Program-made: the position numbers and the translations under genes
Source of the DNA: the human T2T-CHM13v2.0 reference genome, Homo sapiens
DNA: 64,000 bases
Assembly: GCF_009914755.1 (NCBI RefSeq)
Contig: NC_060931.1
Reading direction: 5' to 3' (one strand)
The notes under the pieces: model-generated
What the model was told of the DNA's origin: nothing
What the model saw: the letters and a program-made list of their open reading frames with translations, nothing else
Database searches by the model: none
Part shown: positions 28,860 to 45,800 of the stretch, in pieces
Layout of the letters: each line of letters starts with the position of its first letter
How positions within the stretch are numbered: position 1 is the stretch's first letter

Positions 28860-30039
28860 CTGAGTCTAGAAAAGAATCTTTATCCTCCCTTTACTGAACT
28901 ATCTCTAAGCCTATGTGTATCTGTGTATATGTGTGACTTCATATATATATTAATCTTATTTACTCACAGTATCTCAAAATTAGGTATAGTAAGGACTGAT
29001 TCTTAATGTTACTATAGAATTAACATGTTTGAATGAAATTTTCTATTGGACAATTGTCTATTGACTAACAAAAATGTTTACTGGAATTGGTCAGTTGAGT
29101 TGGAAATCTCAGTTTGCAAGAGGTAGATAAAGAAAAAATAAGTAGAAAATGGGTACAAAATTTTAGCCTAGAGCCTATGTGGAACCCAGAGACTCACATG
29201 AAAATACAACTTAAATATTTCAATATGTTTTTAATATTAGACCATGGTATCTTAGCTCTGGGTTATAGAAATACTGCTCTTTCTTAAGTGTATATCCTCT
29301 CCTATGTGAGTTTTACCAAATTATAAATATTTTATAAAAATTAATTATATAAAAAAGGCCTAAGGTGCTTTGAGCTCCTCAGAAGAAATGCATAAAAGAA
29401 AACCAAGTAATTGTCATTATTATCATTATAATGTATTAAACATGTCAGATTACTTCAGAAAGGCCACTCAAGGGATTGGAAGGATCAGTATTAGAGTTGG
29501 CAATATATTAAATCAATTAATATTAAAAAGAGGATATAAGAATCATTGCCCCTCAGGATATTGCCTTTCATTAATAAAATTACTAAATATAAGTATTAAA
29601 GCAGTACTCCATGCATACCAACAAACTCAGAGTTCTCAGATAACAAATAAAAGACTAAATTTGCCTTCAGGCACATGTAGATTTGTCTTCACATACAATA
29701 CTCCACAACACAATAGAAAGTATTCACAGCTCTAGACTTTCCATTTGACTTCTTAAATAATCCTATCAGTACCAACTGAATAATTACTAGAAATGATATA
29801 ATACTACCTGAAATCAAATATATAAATTTGATAAGTATATAACTTTTTAATGTGTCTTTTTTGGTCTGAAAAAATATATAAACTGTCAAAGTCAGAAATC
29901 TAACCTTTAGCAAAATAAAACAAGTGTTTTAAATGCTTTTGGGTATACTTTTGATGCTACCCACTTCTGCACAGTCATCAGAGACACAAACTCTATGTAA
30001 AAAGATCTGTGTATTAATTTCAATGAGGCATTTTTTTTT

Positions 30040-30770
<731 letters not shown>

Positions 30771-32990
30771 TCGGACTTGGTGTTAATTCCATCATCCAGC
30801 TTTAACACATTTCTATCAAAATCAAATGAGAAATTGAGACTTATTTTTAAATGGAGCCCTCTCTACAAGATTCATTTCTCTTTCCTTTCCTTGCCAGTGA
30901 GACATTTCTGTGGCCTAAAGAAGTAGGATGAATCAGGATCCAAATATGTTTACCGGCCCAATGTATGCAAAAACTTCAGCCAATTAAAATGTACTTGTAA
31001 ATTCAAATATCTGAATTACTATAAATCTTGGACATGGCTAGATTATTATGTGTCAATAAAAATTTCAATTTGTTGTGGAGACTTCTAAATTATTACTCTT
31101 ATGAAATGTGTGCATAAATGTTACAGTTCACTTTAAATATTACAACCAAACAAAAGCAATTCATTGCAGGTAGATTTACCTTAAAAGAAATACTAAAGGA
31201 AGTTCTTCAGGCTGAAAGCAAGTTACCCCAGCTAGTAATTTAAATCCATAAGACCAAAGAAAACTACTGGTAAAAGTAATTAGGAACAAAAATAAAAGTA
31301 TACATGCTTAAGTTTCTTTCTTCTTATCACTGATTTAAAAAGCAATGGTATAAAATAACTACGTATACAACATAATGTCGGACTTATAACTTAAAGAATT
31401 GTAATATATGTGTAATATATTTACCAACATCAGCACAAAGGAGATGTGTGGTAGCGAAGGTATATTAAGCTATGGAACTAATTAAATATAACAAAATAAT
31501 AATGATAATGTGTCATTTGGTTTGCAATATTAATTGGTATAAATGTATAGCAGTTATGCCACAAAAAAGGGGGATAAGAGAATATAGCCTTATAGGGGTA
31601 ATATTTCTATATCTATATACCACTGGAATTAAGCTAGTACATACCAAAAGATGATTCTGATAAATTAAGATGTATATGGCAAGCCCGAGAATAACCGCTA
31701 AAATAAAAATATCAAAAAATATAGTGAAAAAAATCATTAAAGAAATTAAAATGCCAGATAAAAAACATTTACTTAATGAAAAAGAAGAGCAGATCAACAA
31801 AAAAGGCATGAGACATATAGAAATGAAAAGTAAAAGGGTAGATGTAAATACAACTACAATAATAATAAACAACATTAAGTATGAATACATTACACAACTC
31901 AATAAAAACGCAGGGGTTGTAAGACTACAAAAAAAAAAAATGACCCAACTATATTCTGTCTATAGGAAACACATTCTAGATTTAATGACATAAGTAAATT
32001 AAAAGAATGAATAAAGAAATATCATGCAAATTCAACCACAAGCAAGCTGGAAATGAATTGTGATACTAATATCAGACAAAATAGAGTTGAGAACAATAAG
32101 TGGTACTAGAGATAAACAGGGACATTTTATAATCAAAAGTTTCAGTCCTTCAGGAAGATATAGCCATTATAAGTATATACGCATCAAATAATGAAGCATC
32201 AAAATACATGAAGCAAAAACTTACAGAAATAAAAGGAGAAATGAAACTCAACAACAATAGTTGGAGACCTCACTACCTGACTTTCAAGAACAGACGGAAT
32301 AACTAGACAGAAAATCAACAAGGAAATTAAAGACTTACTACTATAAATCAACTAGACCTAACAAGCATCTAGAGAACACCCCATCCGACAACAATAATAT
32401 ATACACTCATCTCAAAAGCACATGGACAATTCTCTAGGATAGGCCATATGATAAGCCATAAAACAAATCTCAACAAATAGAAAAGGATAGATATAATACA
32501 AAGTATATGTCTTGACCACCAAAGAATGAAATTAGAAAAAATGGAGGAAACTTACAAATATGTGAACAGCACACTCCTAAATAACCAATAGGTCAAAGAA
32601 GAAACCAAAAGAAAGTTCAGAAAATACTTTCAGATGAATAAAAATGAAGACATAATATACCAAAATTTATGGATTGCAGGTAAAGCAACATTTAGAGGAA
32701 AATTTAAAGCTATTAAGATGAAAGAGTGATCTCAAATCAATAACCCAACCTACCACCTTAGGATACTAAAAAAAAGGCGGGTGGGGGAGTAGGGACTGAA
32801 CCTAAAGCAAGCAGAAGCAAAAAATAACAAAAATTAGAGCAGAAATTAATGAAATAGAAAATAGAAAAACATATCAATGAAACTGAAAGCTGTTTCTCTG
32901 AATAGATCAAGAAAATTGACATTTAGCTAGATTGACCAAAATGTTTTTAAAAAGAGAGATGACTTTGGAAAATAGTCTGTCAGTTTCTAA

Positions 32991-34684
<1,694 letters not shown>

Positions 34685-34891
34685 AATTGTACATAAATTC
34701 TCATAGCAGAATTATTCATAATAACTAAAAGATGGAAACAATCCAAATGCTCGTCAACAGAGAAATAATGAACAAAACATGGCATATTCATACAATGGAA
34801 TATTATTCAGCTATAAAAAATAAAGTACTGATAACATGGCACAATATGAACAGACTTTCAAATCATTAGGCTAAGTAAAGAAGCAAGTCAC

Positions 34892-35194
<303 letters not shown>

Positions 35195-35664
35195 TCACAA
35201 AATGTCACATATTATGTGATTCCATTTATATAAAATTCAGAATAAAGAAATCTATAGAGGCAGAAAGTAGATTAGTGGTTGCTTGCAACTAGGGGCTGGG
35301 GTAGAGTGTGGAGGAATAGAAGGGTGATAAGTAAAGAATACAGGACTTCATTCTGAGGTGATGAAAGTGTTCTAAAATTGTAGCGATGATTGCACATATT
35401 TGTGAATATACTAAAAACAACTGAACTATATACTTTAAACAGGCAAATTTTTTGGCATGTGAATTATATCTCAATAAAGTTGTTTTCAAAAAACTACAAG
35501 TATATGAAGGACTTGGATCTACCTGACAAAGCAAAGATATGCTTTACGGTATTTGTAGTTTGCTACAAGATCCTGTTTCAGAATAAACCTTTAGAATTTC
35601 TCTTTCACAAATATGTTGCTGCCAATCACCCATTCTGTTTCTCCTGAAATGTGTATCATTAGTG

Positions 35665-36300
35665 AAATGTTCAACAAATATTTATTCCATTTTTATCAGG
35701 TGCCAACTGCTATCCTAGGCCCCAGCAAAACAGCAGTGAATACACAGACAAGGTCATTGCCCTTTTGACATTTACATTCTAGTGGAAGGAGACAGATAAA
35801 ACATAGTAAACACAAAACAAGGTCATTTCAGATTGTCATGATTACTATAAATGAAATAACAAGGGCCATGTGATAAAGAGTGATTAAAGAGGGGAAAAGT
35901 ACTTTAATGGATGGTTGGGGAAAGATTCTCCAAGGTGATATTTTTAAAGAGTGATTAAAGAGGGGAAAATACTTTAATGGATGGCTGGGGAAAGATTCTC
36001 CAAGGTGATATTTTAGAGGCAGCAGCCATATGAAGAACTTGGCGGGCACCAGACTTCTAGGTTTAGAGAAGAGTGGCTGCAAAGGCCTAAAGACCAAGCA
36101 AATGCTCTGCACGCTCAAGAAACAAACTGGAGGTCTGTGTGACAGCAATGGGGAGAGCAGAAAAAAGTGAGTTTAGAGAACTGGGGCAGAGACCAGATTT
36201 ACGGGGCTACAGGGGCATGACTAAGAGTTGGGAGAGCGATAAGAACCATTGAATGGTTGTAGACAATAAGGTGACTCTAATGTATATTTCTATAGAGAAT
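35665..36300 (-). mobile_element. L2 fragment
   Basis: ttcaacaaatatttatt..., cagcagtgaa...agacaagg, tgcaaaggccct-like motif. Confidence 0.7.
35874..36014 (+). repeat. ~70-bp tandem duplication (2 copies)
   Basis: taaagagtgattaaagaggggaaaa(g)tactttaatggatgg(t/c)tggggaaagattctccaaggtgatatttt twice. Confidence 0.95.
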
Positions 36301-36369
36301 GAGTGGTCGGAGGTAAGACAATTTTGGAAACAGTGCCCCAGGAGGCCCGCTCTGAAACACATGACTGCA

Positions 36370-36545
36370 TTAAAAATACCACATGTCAGGCATCATTCTA
36401 GGCATTTTATTCATGTGTTCTCATTTAAGTCTTCAACAAATCCACAAAGTTGGCAGCATTACTTCATTTTATGGATTAGAAAATTAAAGTTCAGAAAAGT
36501 TGCCCAGATTACACAGGTAATTAGCAGCATTTTGTTAACCAAACC
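36370..36545 (-). mobile_element. MIR fragment
   Basis: tctcatttaagtcttcaacaa...ttgcccagattacacag. Confidence 0.6.
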
Positions 36546-37176
36546 AAAATGCACTATTATGGTTATGATCCAACACTGATTTTTCATATGGCTTTGTAAA
36601 TAAGTATCAGAGATAAATTATAAAATACATTCATATTTCAGGGATGCAAATTTCCAATATCACTTTAATAATTAAATATTAGATAGAAGACTTTTCCTTA
36701 ATCTTAAAAAAGTTTTGATACAAACTAGCATGCACAGATATGCCATTCCTCCTTAACTACTCACCCAAAGTTGGAGACAGAATATCAAGGAACTGTACCC
36801 TGCAGGTACACAGCTGCACTCCTGTCTAGCTCAGACACACTCACGAACACATTGTTCAGAAAGCCTGTACTTCCACTACTACAAATTTGTTTATTTAGTC
36901 TTATTTCTATCTCTTTCGCTCTCTCCTCACTCTCAACTTAAGTTACCCTAGAACAGAACTTGAAAATTGCATTTATTTCCAACTTTTGCCTGGATCTTCA
37001 GCTGAAAAATAGCCACAGGAAAGTTAAGCCCTGGACATTTATTCTCTATATGCTTCTGCAGTTTATGCATGTGGATTTTCTATGGTCTCAATGCTTTCAA
37101 GCTGTATTTTATAATCACAAGCTACAAATTTCACCCTTGTCAGTGCTACACCTGCAGGAAACACCCTGGTAGAACA

Positions 37177-37710
37177 CAGTAGTCCTCCTTTACATGAGGG
37201 AGACACTTTCCAAGACCCCCAGTGGATGCCTAAAACTCTAAATGTACTGCTTTCTCCTGTACATACATACCTATAGTGAAGTTTAATTCATAAATAAGGC
37301 ATAGTAAGAGATAAACAACAATAACTAATGAAAGAATAGAACAAGTAAAACAATATGCCAGCATCACCACTCTTGTATTTTGGGGATATTATTAAATAAA
37401 ATAAAGGCTACTTAAGACAAGCATTGCAATCCCATGACAGTGAATCTGGTAAGGGAGACAACTGCTAAGTTACTAATAGTACAGTTTGGGTAGACAGCGT
37501 GGATATGCTGGGCAAAGGGAGGATCCATATCCAGGGCAGTACAGAGGAAGACAGATAAGATTTCATTATGGTACTCAGAATGGCAAGCAATTTAAAGTTG
37601 ATGAATTGCTTATTTCAGAAATTTTATATTTAATATTTTTAGGCCATGGTTGACCACAGATAACTGAAACCACAGAAAGTGAAATTGCATATAAGGGGAC
37701 ACTACTACTG
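37177..37710. mobile_element. MER44B-like (Tigger7) DNA transposon
   Basis: Termini cagtagt / actactg; ttccaagacccccagtggatgcct; gaatggc..gcaatttaaa; ttgaccacagataactgaaacc. Confidence 0.85.
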
Positions 37711-38805
37711 TTCATCACTCTTCTCTCAGGATAGAGCAAGCCAACGATGCTTTTGGAAAATCTACATAGTGTAGGGCATTTGAAATTCTTGTTTCTCATG
37801 AGGGAACAGCTAACAAGTAAATTGACAGTTTTTAGTTTATTTGGATAAATGATTCTACCATAAATACTGTTTTAAGTAACCTTTTTGGCTTTTGTCTTAC
37901 ATGTCCATAGGTGGTATTTGGTATTTGAGTTCCACAAGATATAAAAACAAGGCAAGATTATTACATAATAGAGTTGCTTTGCAATGTTCATATTAAGACC
38001 AAGACTAGTATCATTCTATAAACAAACTGTGACCAAAGGAAGATTTTTCACTGCCCCTCAGACATGACTTTTTTCATATATAATAATGCCCACTGCCATG
38101 ATATTATGAAACTTTTTTATTGCAGAATAAAATATGGAATCAAATGCTAATGCACAGGTATAGGTAATAGGTAACAGACATGAGTAACAGACAAGACTTT
38201 CACTTGTCAGTAATGACATAACTTTTCTAAAATTATTAGATTTGTATATTTATTTTATAGGTTCAAAGTGGTTTTGCATGTGGCATTTTGACCCTCACAA
38301 TGTGAAATAAAATCAAGAATAAAGCAAAATAAAGTATCCCTTTACCAATAATATTTTCATTTTTATGGTGAAACAGAGCTAAAAGTCATCTGTGTCATGC
38401 ATTAGATGAAGAAAAATAATGGCTTTTCTTCCAATATTCAAGAGGGTCATCAAGATCATATGCTTAACATTTAGGTAGTATAGATTTATGCCTGACCTAG
38501 GCTATTATAAATGTATGAACTTTTTTAAAAAAAAAGCAATTTCTATTTGCAGTTAATCAAATGAGTTATTTCTTTAAGATAGTATCCTAGCAACTTCAGA
38601 CAAAAGAGGAAGTCCCTGCTGATGTTGGAAAGCGATTTGTTTATCACATATCCAGATCTAACTTCTGAATGTGCTTCAAAGTGTTGCTTTGATAAAATAA
38701 AATAAAAAAACTATCAAAACTTTTCTTATAGAACTAGCAAGGTTGTAAGAATCTTCATTTCACAATTTCTGATTTTGAGGTTCTCACAGAGAACAGTGAC
38801 TGTCA

Positions 38806-39198
<393 letters not shown>

Positions 39199-39442
39199 TT
39201 CAAATCGTATTGGGTTGACAATTGAATAACTAGAATTAAAACATGTTTTAATTCTTAAAACAAACCTTACCTACCAGTTATATATCTCAGTCAGTTATAT
39301 ATCTCAGTTATATACCATCCAGTTATATATCTCAGTCAGTGACAGATGAAAGCAGTTTGAGACACTACTGTCACTTTCAATCCTATGGGAGCCCATGTTC
39401 ATTGTTTCTAACCTCGACTCTGATTTGAAGCCAGAAATTTAA

Positions 39443-39478
<36 letters not shown>
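39443..39478. repeat. (AAT)12 microsatellite
   Basis: Perfect trinucleotide run. Confidence 0.97.
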
Positions 39479-39479
<1 letters not shown>

Positions 39480-40139
39480 GCAACACTAACTCCAGCTAAC
39501 AAATATTGAATCCAGTTCATTCAGGATATTCCATGACTCCACAACTTTTAATGTGGAGGTGCAAGGGCCCTATTCACTGGTCAGGTTAGGTCAGAGGAAG
39601 GGGCAAGAAATCTAATGATCAAACCCAAATTTGAGTATCAATATCTCAGGAAATTATCTAACTTAGGCCATAAAATAACTCAATAAAGACTGATTTATAT
39701 AAAACTTTAAATCTGGCCTTAAGGAGAATGCATCAACAAGATGCGCAAAAGAAAAAAAAAGTTTCTTCAAGTTTTATGACTTGCAAAAACATAAAATTTT
39801 ATATTTTTACAATAAAGGTAGGTATTTCACATCTTGAATCTTATAACTCATAACTAATTCCTAGCAACTGAGAAAAAAACAAGAACACAAGTCTTTAATA
39901 ATTTTAAAGTTTTAAGTATATATTTTCTCCCTGAATTTGACAGAAAGAAAAATCTCAAAACTATTAAATACCACTTATTGATTTTCTGACTAAAAAGAAG
40001 TAGGTTAGAACAGAAGCAATGCTGAATATCATAGATACTTGATACATAGATAATAATGTTAAGAAAGAAGATGTAAAACAATTAAATCAGGAAGAAAAAT
40101 GAATCATCCACCTTTAGCTGATACCAAAAACAACAGCAA

Positions 40140-40395
40140 TGATAATAACATCTAACCTCTATCTAATAAGTGCTGGGCACTTTACTAAATTGTTTACACA
40201 CATTAGCTTACACACATTAGTTGTTCATAACAAACCTAAAAGGTAGAAATTATTATGCCCAATTTATAGATGAATAAAATGAGGCTAAGAGAGGTTATGC
40301 AACTTTCCCAGTTATCCAAAAGTGACAAAGATGGAATTCAACCACAGCCTCAATCCTGAGCCTGTGGGCTTCCGCATGACACTGCACAGCCTTCT
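40140..40395 (-). mobile_element. MIR
   Basis: ccaattttatagatgaataaaatgaggctaagagaggtta, the MIR core. Confidence 0.8.
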
Positions 40396-40550
40396 ATCAA
40401 CTTTCAACCTCGCAATGTCAAATATCTCTGAATAATGTGGCATATCTCGTTCTAGGAGCCAGAAATTCTTACCTAACATTTAAAAAACAAAAGCAATGCC
40501 TTGACTCCCATGTGCCATTTCCTCATGTCAATAATTTTGATTTGGGGTGT

Positions 40551-41068
40551 GTTAGGTAGAATTAGTTTAGTCTCCCCATTACAGAATCCCTTGTCCCAAA
40601 ATAATAATGGTTTCAGCAAGATAGATGTTTATTTTTCTTAAAGTAGAAGTTGTTCAGATGTCTAGAATTCAGAGCTGATATGGTAATTCCGAAGGAATCA
40701 GGGATGCAAGCTTAGTCTATGCTTTTTAATCTTTAGAAAATGTTTCCATTGTCAATATTGCTTCACGGTATGAGATGGCTGCTTAAGTGCTGGCCATCTA
40801 GTTTGAGTCAGGAAAAAGGAAGAGGAAGAAAAGCAAGAGGAATAACCTTTCCCAAGAGAGTCCACATGCTTTAAATAAAAAAAAAAAAAAAACTCTTCAA
40901 GATGTGGTAAGTGCAGCACATCTTTCACTCACATCTTATCTTACACTCACATCCCATAACCTCAAGGAAGGCTGAAAAATGTAGTCGTTCAGCTGGGCAG
41001 ACTTCTATTAGTAAAGTATAAGGGTAAAGTATTAGATGCTATACCAACAACTAGCGGTTTCTACCACT
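40551..41068 (-). mobile_element. MLT1K-like MaLR LTR
   Basis: caagatagatgtttattt, agatggctgct, aaggaaggctgaaaaatgtagtc. Confidence 0.6.
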
Positions 41069-41869
41069 GAAAATTAGACAATTACCAGTAAGGCTTCTTA
41101 ATACCTTCTTAAGAAAGTATCTCTTAGCTAAAGCCACTAAACAAAAGATGGCATCTTTAGATTAGAAGGAACACTTATTGACTCCATAAGAAACATATAA
41201 AGGGGCATAAATCTCATAAACAGGATTCTATTGCTGATTTAATAAACGGTCTTCTAATCACTTAAAATTTAAAATTTCCTACTTCATTATGAAATGTAAA
41301 TTTGATACATGTAGTAAAAAACTAATAAGAAAAATTCTAAACTACTAGGTATCACATCTGTCTAATTTATTCAATTTTATTTGGCTCTGTTCCCTGAAAG
41401 GATTTCATGAAATTATGGTAAACTCTGGTTTGATGCGCAATGCCCATAATTAACATTCCCAATCTTGGTCTCTGTATTTTCTTTATTTTCTTCTTTAGCA
41501 TATGTTATCTCAGTGGCAGAACCCTCTCCTCTACCTTCATTAGCCTAAATACTTCAGAAATATATCCTCTGGAAGTGTATTTAAACTAGCTCAAGATCAA
41601 TATTCCTTCTTCTCTGACACTTCATTGGGAGAAAATCATACAGTTTCTGCCTTTGCTTCCTGTTCCAAAACTTTACTACACTCTCTTTATTTTCTTTCAA
41701 GTAACCACCCATGTATTTGTCTTCCCTCCTTTATACTATCATGAATAATTGTCATATGTAATAAAATATGATAAAACAAACATTTTATGTGGCTTCAAGG
41801 TATAGAATGTGATAAAACATTTGATGTGGCTTCATGGTATAGAATGAAAGCTTAATTAACAGAAAGCAG

Positions 41870-42080
41870 TGATAGAGAGGCAGATTTAGCTTATGACTTT
41901 TCTAACTATGAGAGTTGCCCATAATGGGAAAGCCCACGTTGAGGGAAAGGCAATAAACACCATAAATAGTCAAGCAAAGGCTAGATGTCAACTAGCAAGG
42001 ATGCTGAAAAATGAATGATTGTATTGAGTGCAGGGTCAATTGGTTCCCTTACATCCTTCCCCACTAAAATATTTTATAAA
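41870..42080 (+). mobile_element. L3/CR1-like 3' fragment
   Basis: gactttctaactatgagag...tcaagcaaaggctagatg...ccttcc; very diverged. Confidence 0.45.
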
Positions 42081-42826
42081 AATTTGAAGGAAATTGAGTT
42101 ACACTACAACCCTTCAAATAATAGCTAATAAAATCTCATATTTTATTGGATTTTAGCCTAGCTGGTGAAATTACACTTTGCTCTCTTGCGGGAGTGCCTG
42201 TGTAAAAGATTTAATACTAATTAGACAGTAAATTTTAGATCTAGCATTAACGGAGGGAGGAGAAGCAAAGAGGATTATTAAATAGAAGTGATAATTGCAC
42301 TGATTTGTACTGCTTTTAAGACAACTTAAAACTTAATGAGCTCTTCAAGTGTTTCACTATTTACATTGGTGACAAAGGATTAAATATTGAGAGAAAATGC
42401 TGAGATCTCTAAGGAAACCTCAGGAAAAAAAATCTAGCCATGACAAATCTAGTTAAGTAATACTAGAAAACAAGGTAAAGTCTTATGACTTCATTGTTCA
42501 AAACTACTGAGCAAATTAGCATAAAACTATTTTAAATTGTTCCAAGATTAAAAAAAAAAAAAAAAAAAATTCTATTACCAATATGATCAAATAGCTTATG
42601 GTCACCCTGAGATAGGGCTTTCAAATTTCAGTATTTTTACCTTTCTACAGCCCTGGGTATAATGAAAGAATGTTTAAAACCCATTCAGAGTTAATTCAAA
42701 GTGGAATTTGAATTGAGAAAAGACGCAGAGGTCACAGCACGTGCCGCATCATACCTTTCTCTTTTGATTTCCATGTCAGTATTATGTGACTTTCATAAAA
42801 AGTAAGGCACTGTCTCATAAAATTAC

Positions 42827-42892
42827 CTGTATTTTCATGGAGCAAGATAGAGGAGCTGAGGCTAAAGAAAATGCAGTTATGGCCCAGAACTC
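42827..42892 (-). other. Candidate 66-nt internal exon
   Basis: tgtctttttccagtgttttcag|GAGTTCTGG...AAATACAG|gtaatt; motif evidence only. Confidence 0.3.
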
Positions 42893-45800
42893 CTGAAAAC
42901 ACTGGAAAAAGACAACAACCAGCAAAGAAATTTGCTGAATTTAATTTATGAAGACAGCTGGGGGAACATGAGGTATAGGGTGATGACTCAATTTCACTTT
43001 TAAATTGGAAATAGCAATATTAACATAGTTATTAAGAGAAAAATGGCTTGCTTATATTATTGCAAAGCATTCTAGAAAATTGATATGATGTTTAATATTA
43101 AAACTGTCTATGCTTTTAAGTTTTTTGGTGATATTTTATATTCATTCATTTCTAAAATGGTTTTATCTTTACTGCATTAATTTGCTATAGAAATCTTTGA
43201 ACTCATGTTTTGAAGGAAGTATGTTGCAATTATATGGGAAATAAACCAAACCAGTATAAAGTCAGTCTAGACTCACAGATAATGCAAAATGTGAAGACAT
43301 CAATGAGTAGTGGGAAGACCAATAAGTTTTTAAGTTAAGGTGTGAATCCTTGTGTAACCTGTTAGTATATGAAATTACCAGGGTGGCTAATCTCTCAAAA
43401 CTTCAGTTAACTGATATGGAAAGTTAAAATATAACACTAAGTCTGGCTATATATTCCCCACACCTTATATCCAACAAAATGCATAGAGCAGATACTCAAT
43501 AACTGATAGTCATCTGCCCCCTTTCCTTCCACTACTGCCCTATGAAAGGATTTTAATCCTCAGCAAACACGAGACAATCAAGTGATCATTTTTGCCACAA
43601 GAAAATAATTGAAAAGCACCAAGTTTTTGTGGTTATAAGAAAAACTATGTAATAATTAATCTTTCCCAAGACACCATTAAATTACACCACTGAAGTTATT
43701 TTTCAAACAGCACAGCATATTTCTGATGGAAAAATACTGAGTAAGGAAGCAGCATGAAGAAAGCTACAATCTAGTATCTATGAGGAGAGAAGCAGCTGAA
43801 CTACTGAGCAGAATCTTGAGAATCTCTGGGAGATGCTGTGAAGGAAAGAGTCAGAAGTAAAGCTAAAGACAGTGTTAGCTGAAGTGTTATATACTAAACC
43901 ATTTACCACTCTGAAATCTTTCCTAATCAGAGAATAAGTGGTAGTCAGATATTAAAAAGGGGACTGGGAAATTTACTTTTTAAAGGAATCGAATTAACCG
44001 TCTAAGGGAAAGTGAAGGCAAGCAGTGTGAATGTCAATGCTCCACAGTAAACCCTACCACAATCTGGCATTTTGGCTAACCCCATGAAAATGACAAGCTC
44101 CCTTCCCAATCAATCACCCTAAAACTAAACTTGCCAGCTGACAAACTCACAAAGTTACACAGAACTCATGGATGCTTTTCTAATGGCTCATTTTAAAACA
44201 CCGTTGGACAGCCGAGTGCCACCATTTACAAAAAGAAAAATTGATCCCAGAGCAAAGTAACAATTCAGGAAACAAAAGTAGTAGAAATGTGTTTACTCAG
44301 ATAAACGTAAAAAGATGTTGCATCCATAAAACAAGAATTAGTAGCTATGAAAAAGGAACAAGTAGATAATTGTTCTTTGATAAGAAAATTTAAAATGTAA
44401 TTACTGGGGAAGTCAAGCTAGAAGGATGCAGGGAAGGACACACAACTGGACCAGCTGCTGAGTTCAACTCTTCTCTGATACAGTCTCCACTTATCGTGGG
44501 AAGACAGACCGCTCTGTCTTTGAGTGGCCTAAGTCCTCACAGTTTCAAACTAAAATGGGGTTTCCCTAAATTCTATGAGCTCAAATCCAAAACTGCAGAT
44601 TATAAGCCAGTTTGAGCCTCAACCCTCATCTTCTCCAACTTTTCTTCAATAAAACTGAAACCAATCACCACAGCTTCACAAAGCCCCATACTTATTCATA
44701 TCTTCAAGATACAGATACCGATAAGAGGTACTTTAATGACAGTGGGACCAAGAAGATAACCCAAACCTTAGTAATAAGTGAATCCTAATGAGTAGTAGAT
44801 GAAAGTGTGGAGTCAGGGTGGCTGCAGTTAGCCATGCTTGATGGCTACATGGTGACAGTGGCCTGTTAGTTTACTCAGCATCGCAAATCTAACACTAGGG
44901 GTGAATGTCATCCCATTGTACATAGTATACTAGTGGAATATGCGGGTCCCAGAATTAGGCTTTAAAGAAATTTAACTCTGAAAAAAAAATGTCAATAGAG
45001 GCTTACAAACAGAAGGGCACACTGATCCAGAAAGTAACAGGAGAAGCACAGGGAATGGATAACTCTGTATTTGGAAGTACATTAACTAAGCCTTCATTCA
45101 TCTCATGTATAGAAAAATTTGTAACATTTTACATAGATACAGTGTTATTAACAGAGTAGCAATATCTAATATTGACTGAGAGGATCTGTCCCTATTTCCC
45201 CAGAAAATAAAAGCCTCCTGCCCCAAATTCCGGTCTTGTTTCTCGCTATCTCAAAGTAGAGTGATAGATCTTATAGGAGAGGTTGCATTTGTGACTTATT
45301 ATGTGTGATTGTCTATGGGATAAAACATATGGTCTTGTTTACTGACATTAGCAAAATCAGTAGGTATTTCTATTTCCTTCCTGCCCCTATTCCCTGTACT
45401 TCTCAACGTCCGTCTTTACACAAATTTGACTCATTTTGTTGTTGTTGTTGTTGTTTCAAAGAACATGTTAATCTAAAAAAATGTGACTCCTGAAATAAAA
45501 CATTTCAATGGAAAATCTAGAACATAAAATCAGGGATATCTCCTAAAGTATAGATCCAAGGATCAACCTAGATTCATTCAATTAACATGAGTTCCCAAAA
45601 CAGAAAAAGTAGTGAAGAAATTCATTAAAAAAAAAATGCAAGGACATTTTCATAAGCGAAGGGATATGTGAAACATCATATTGAAAGGTTACAAGAGGGT
45701 GAAGCAAAATGAATTTTAATCTCTCTTCCCCAAGACATCACCGAGAAGTTTCAAAACACCAAGGATGAAAAGAAGCTTTTGAAAGATGGCAGATGAGAGG

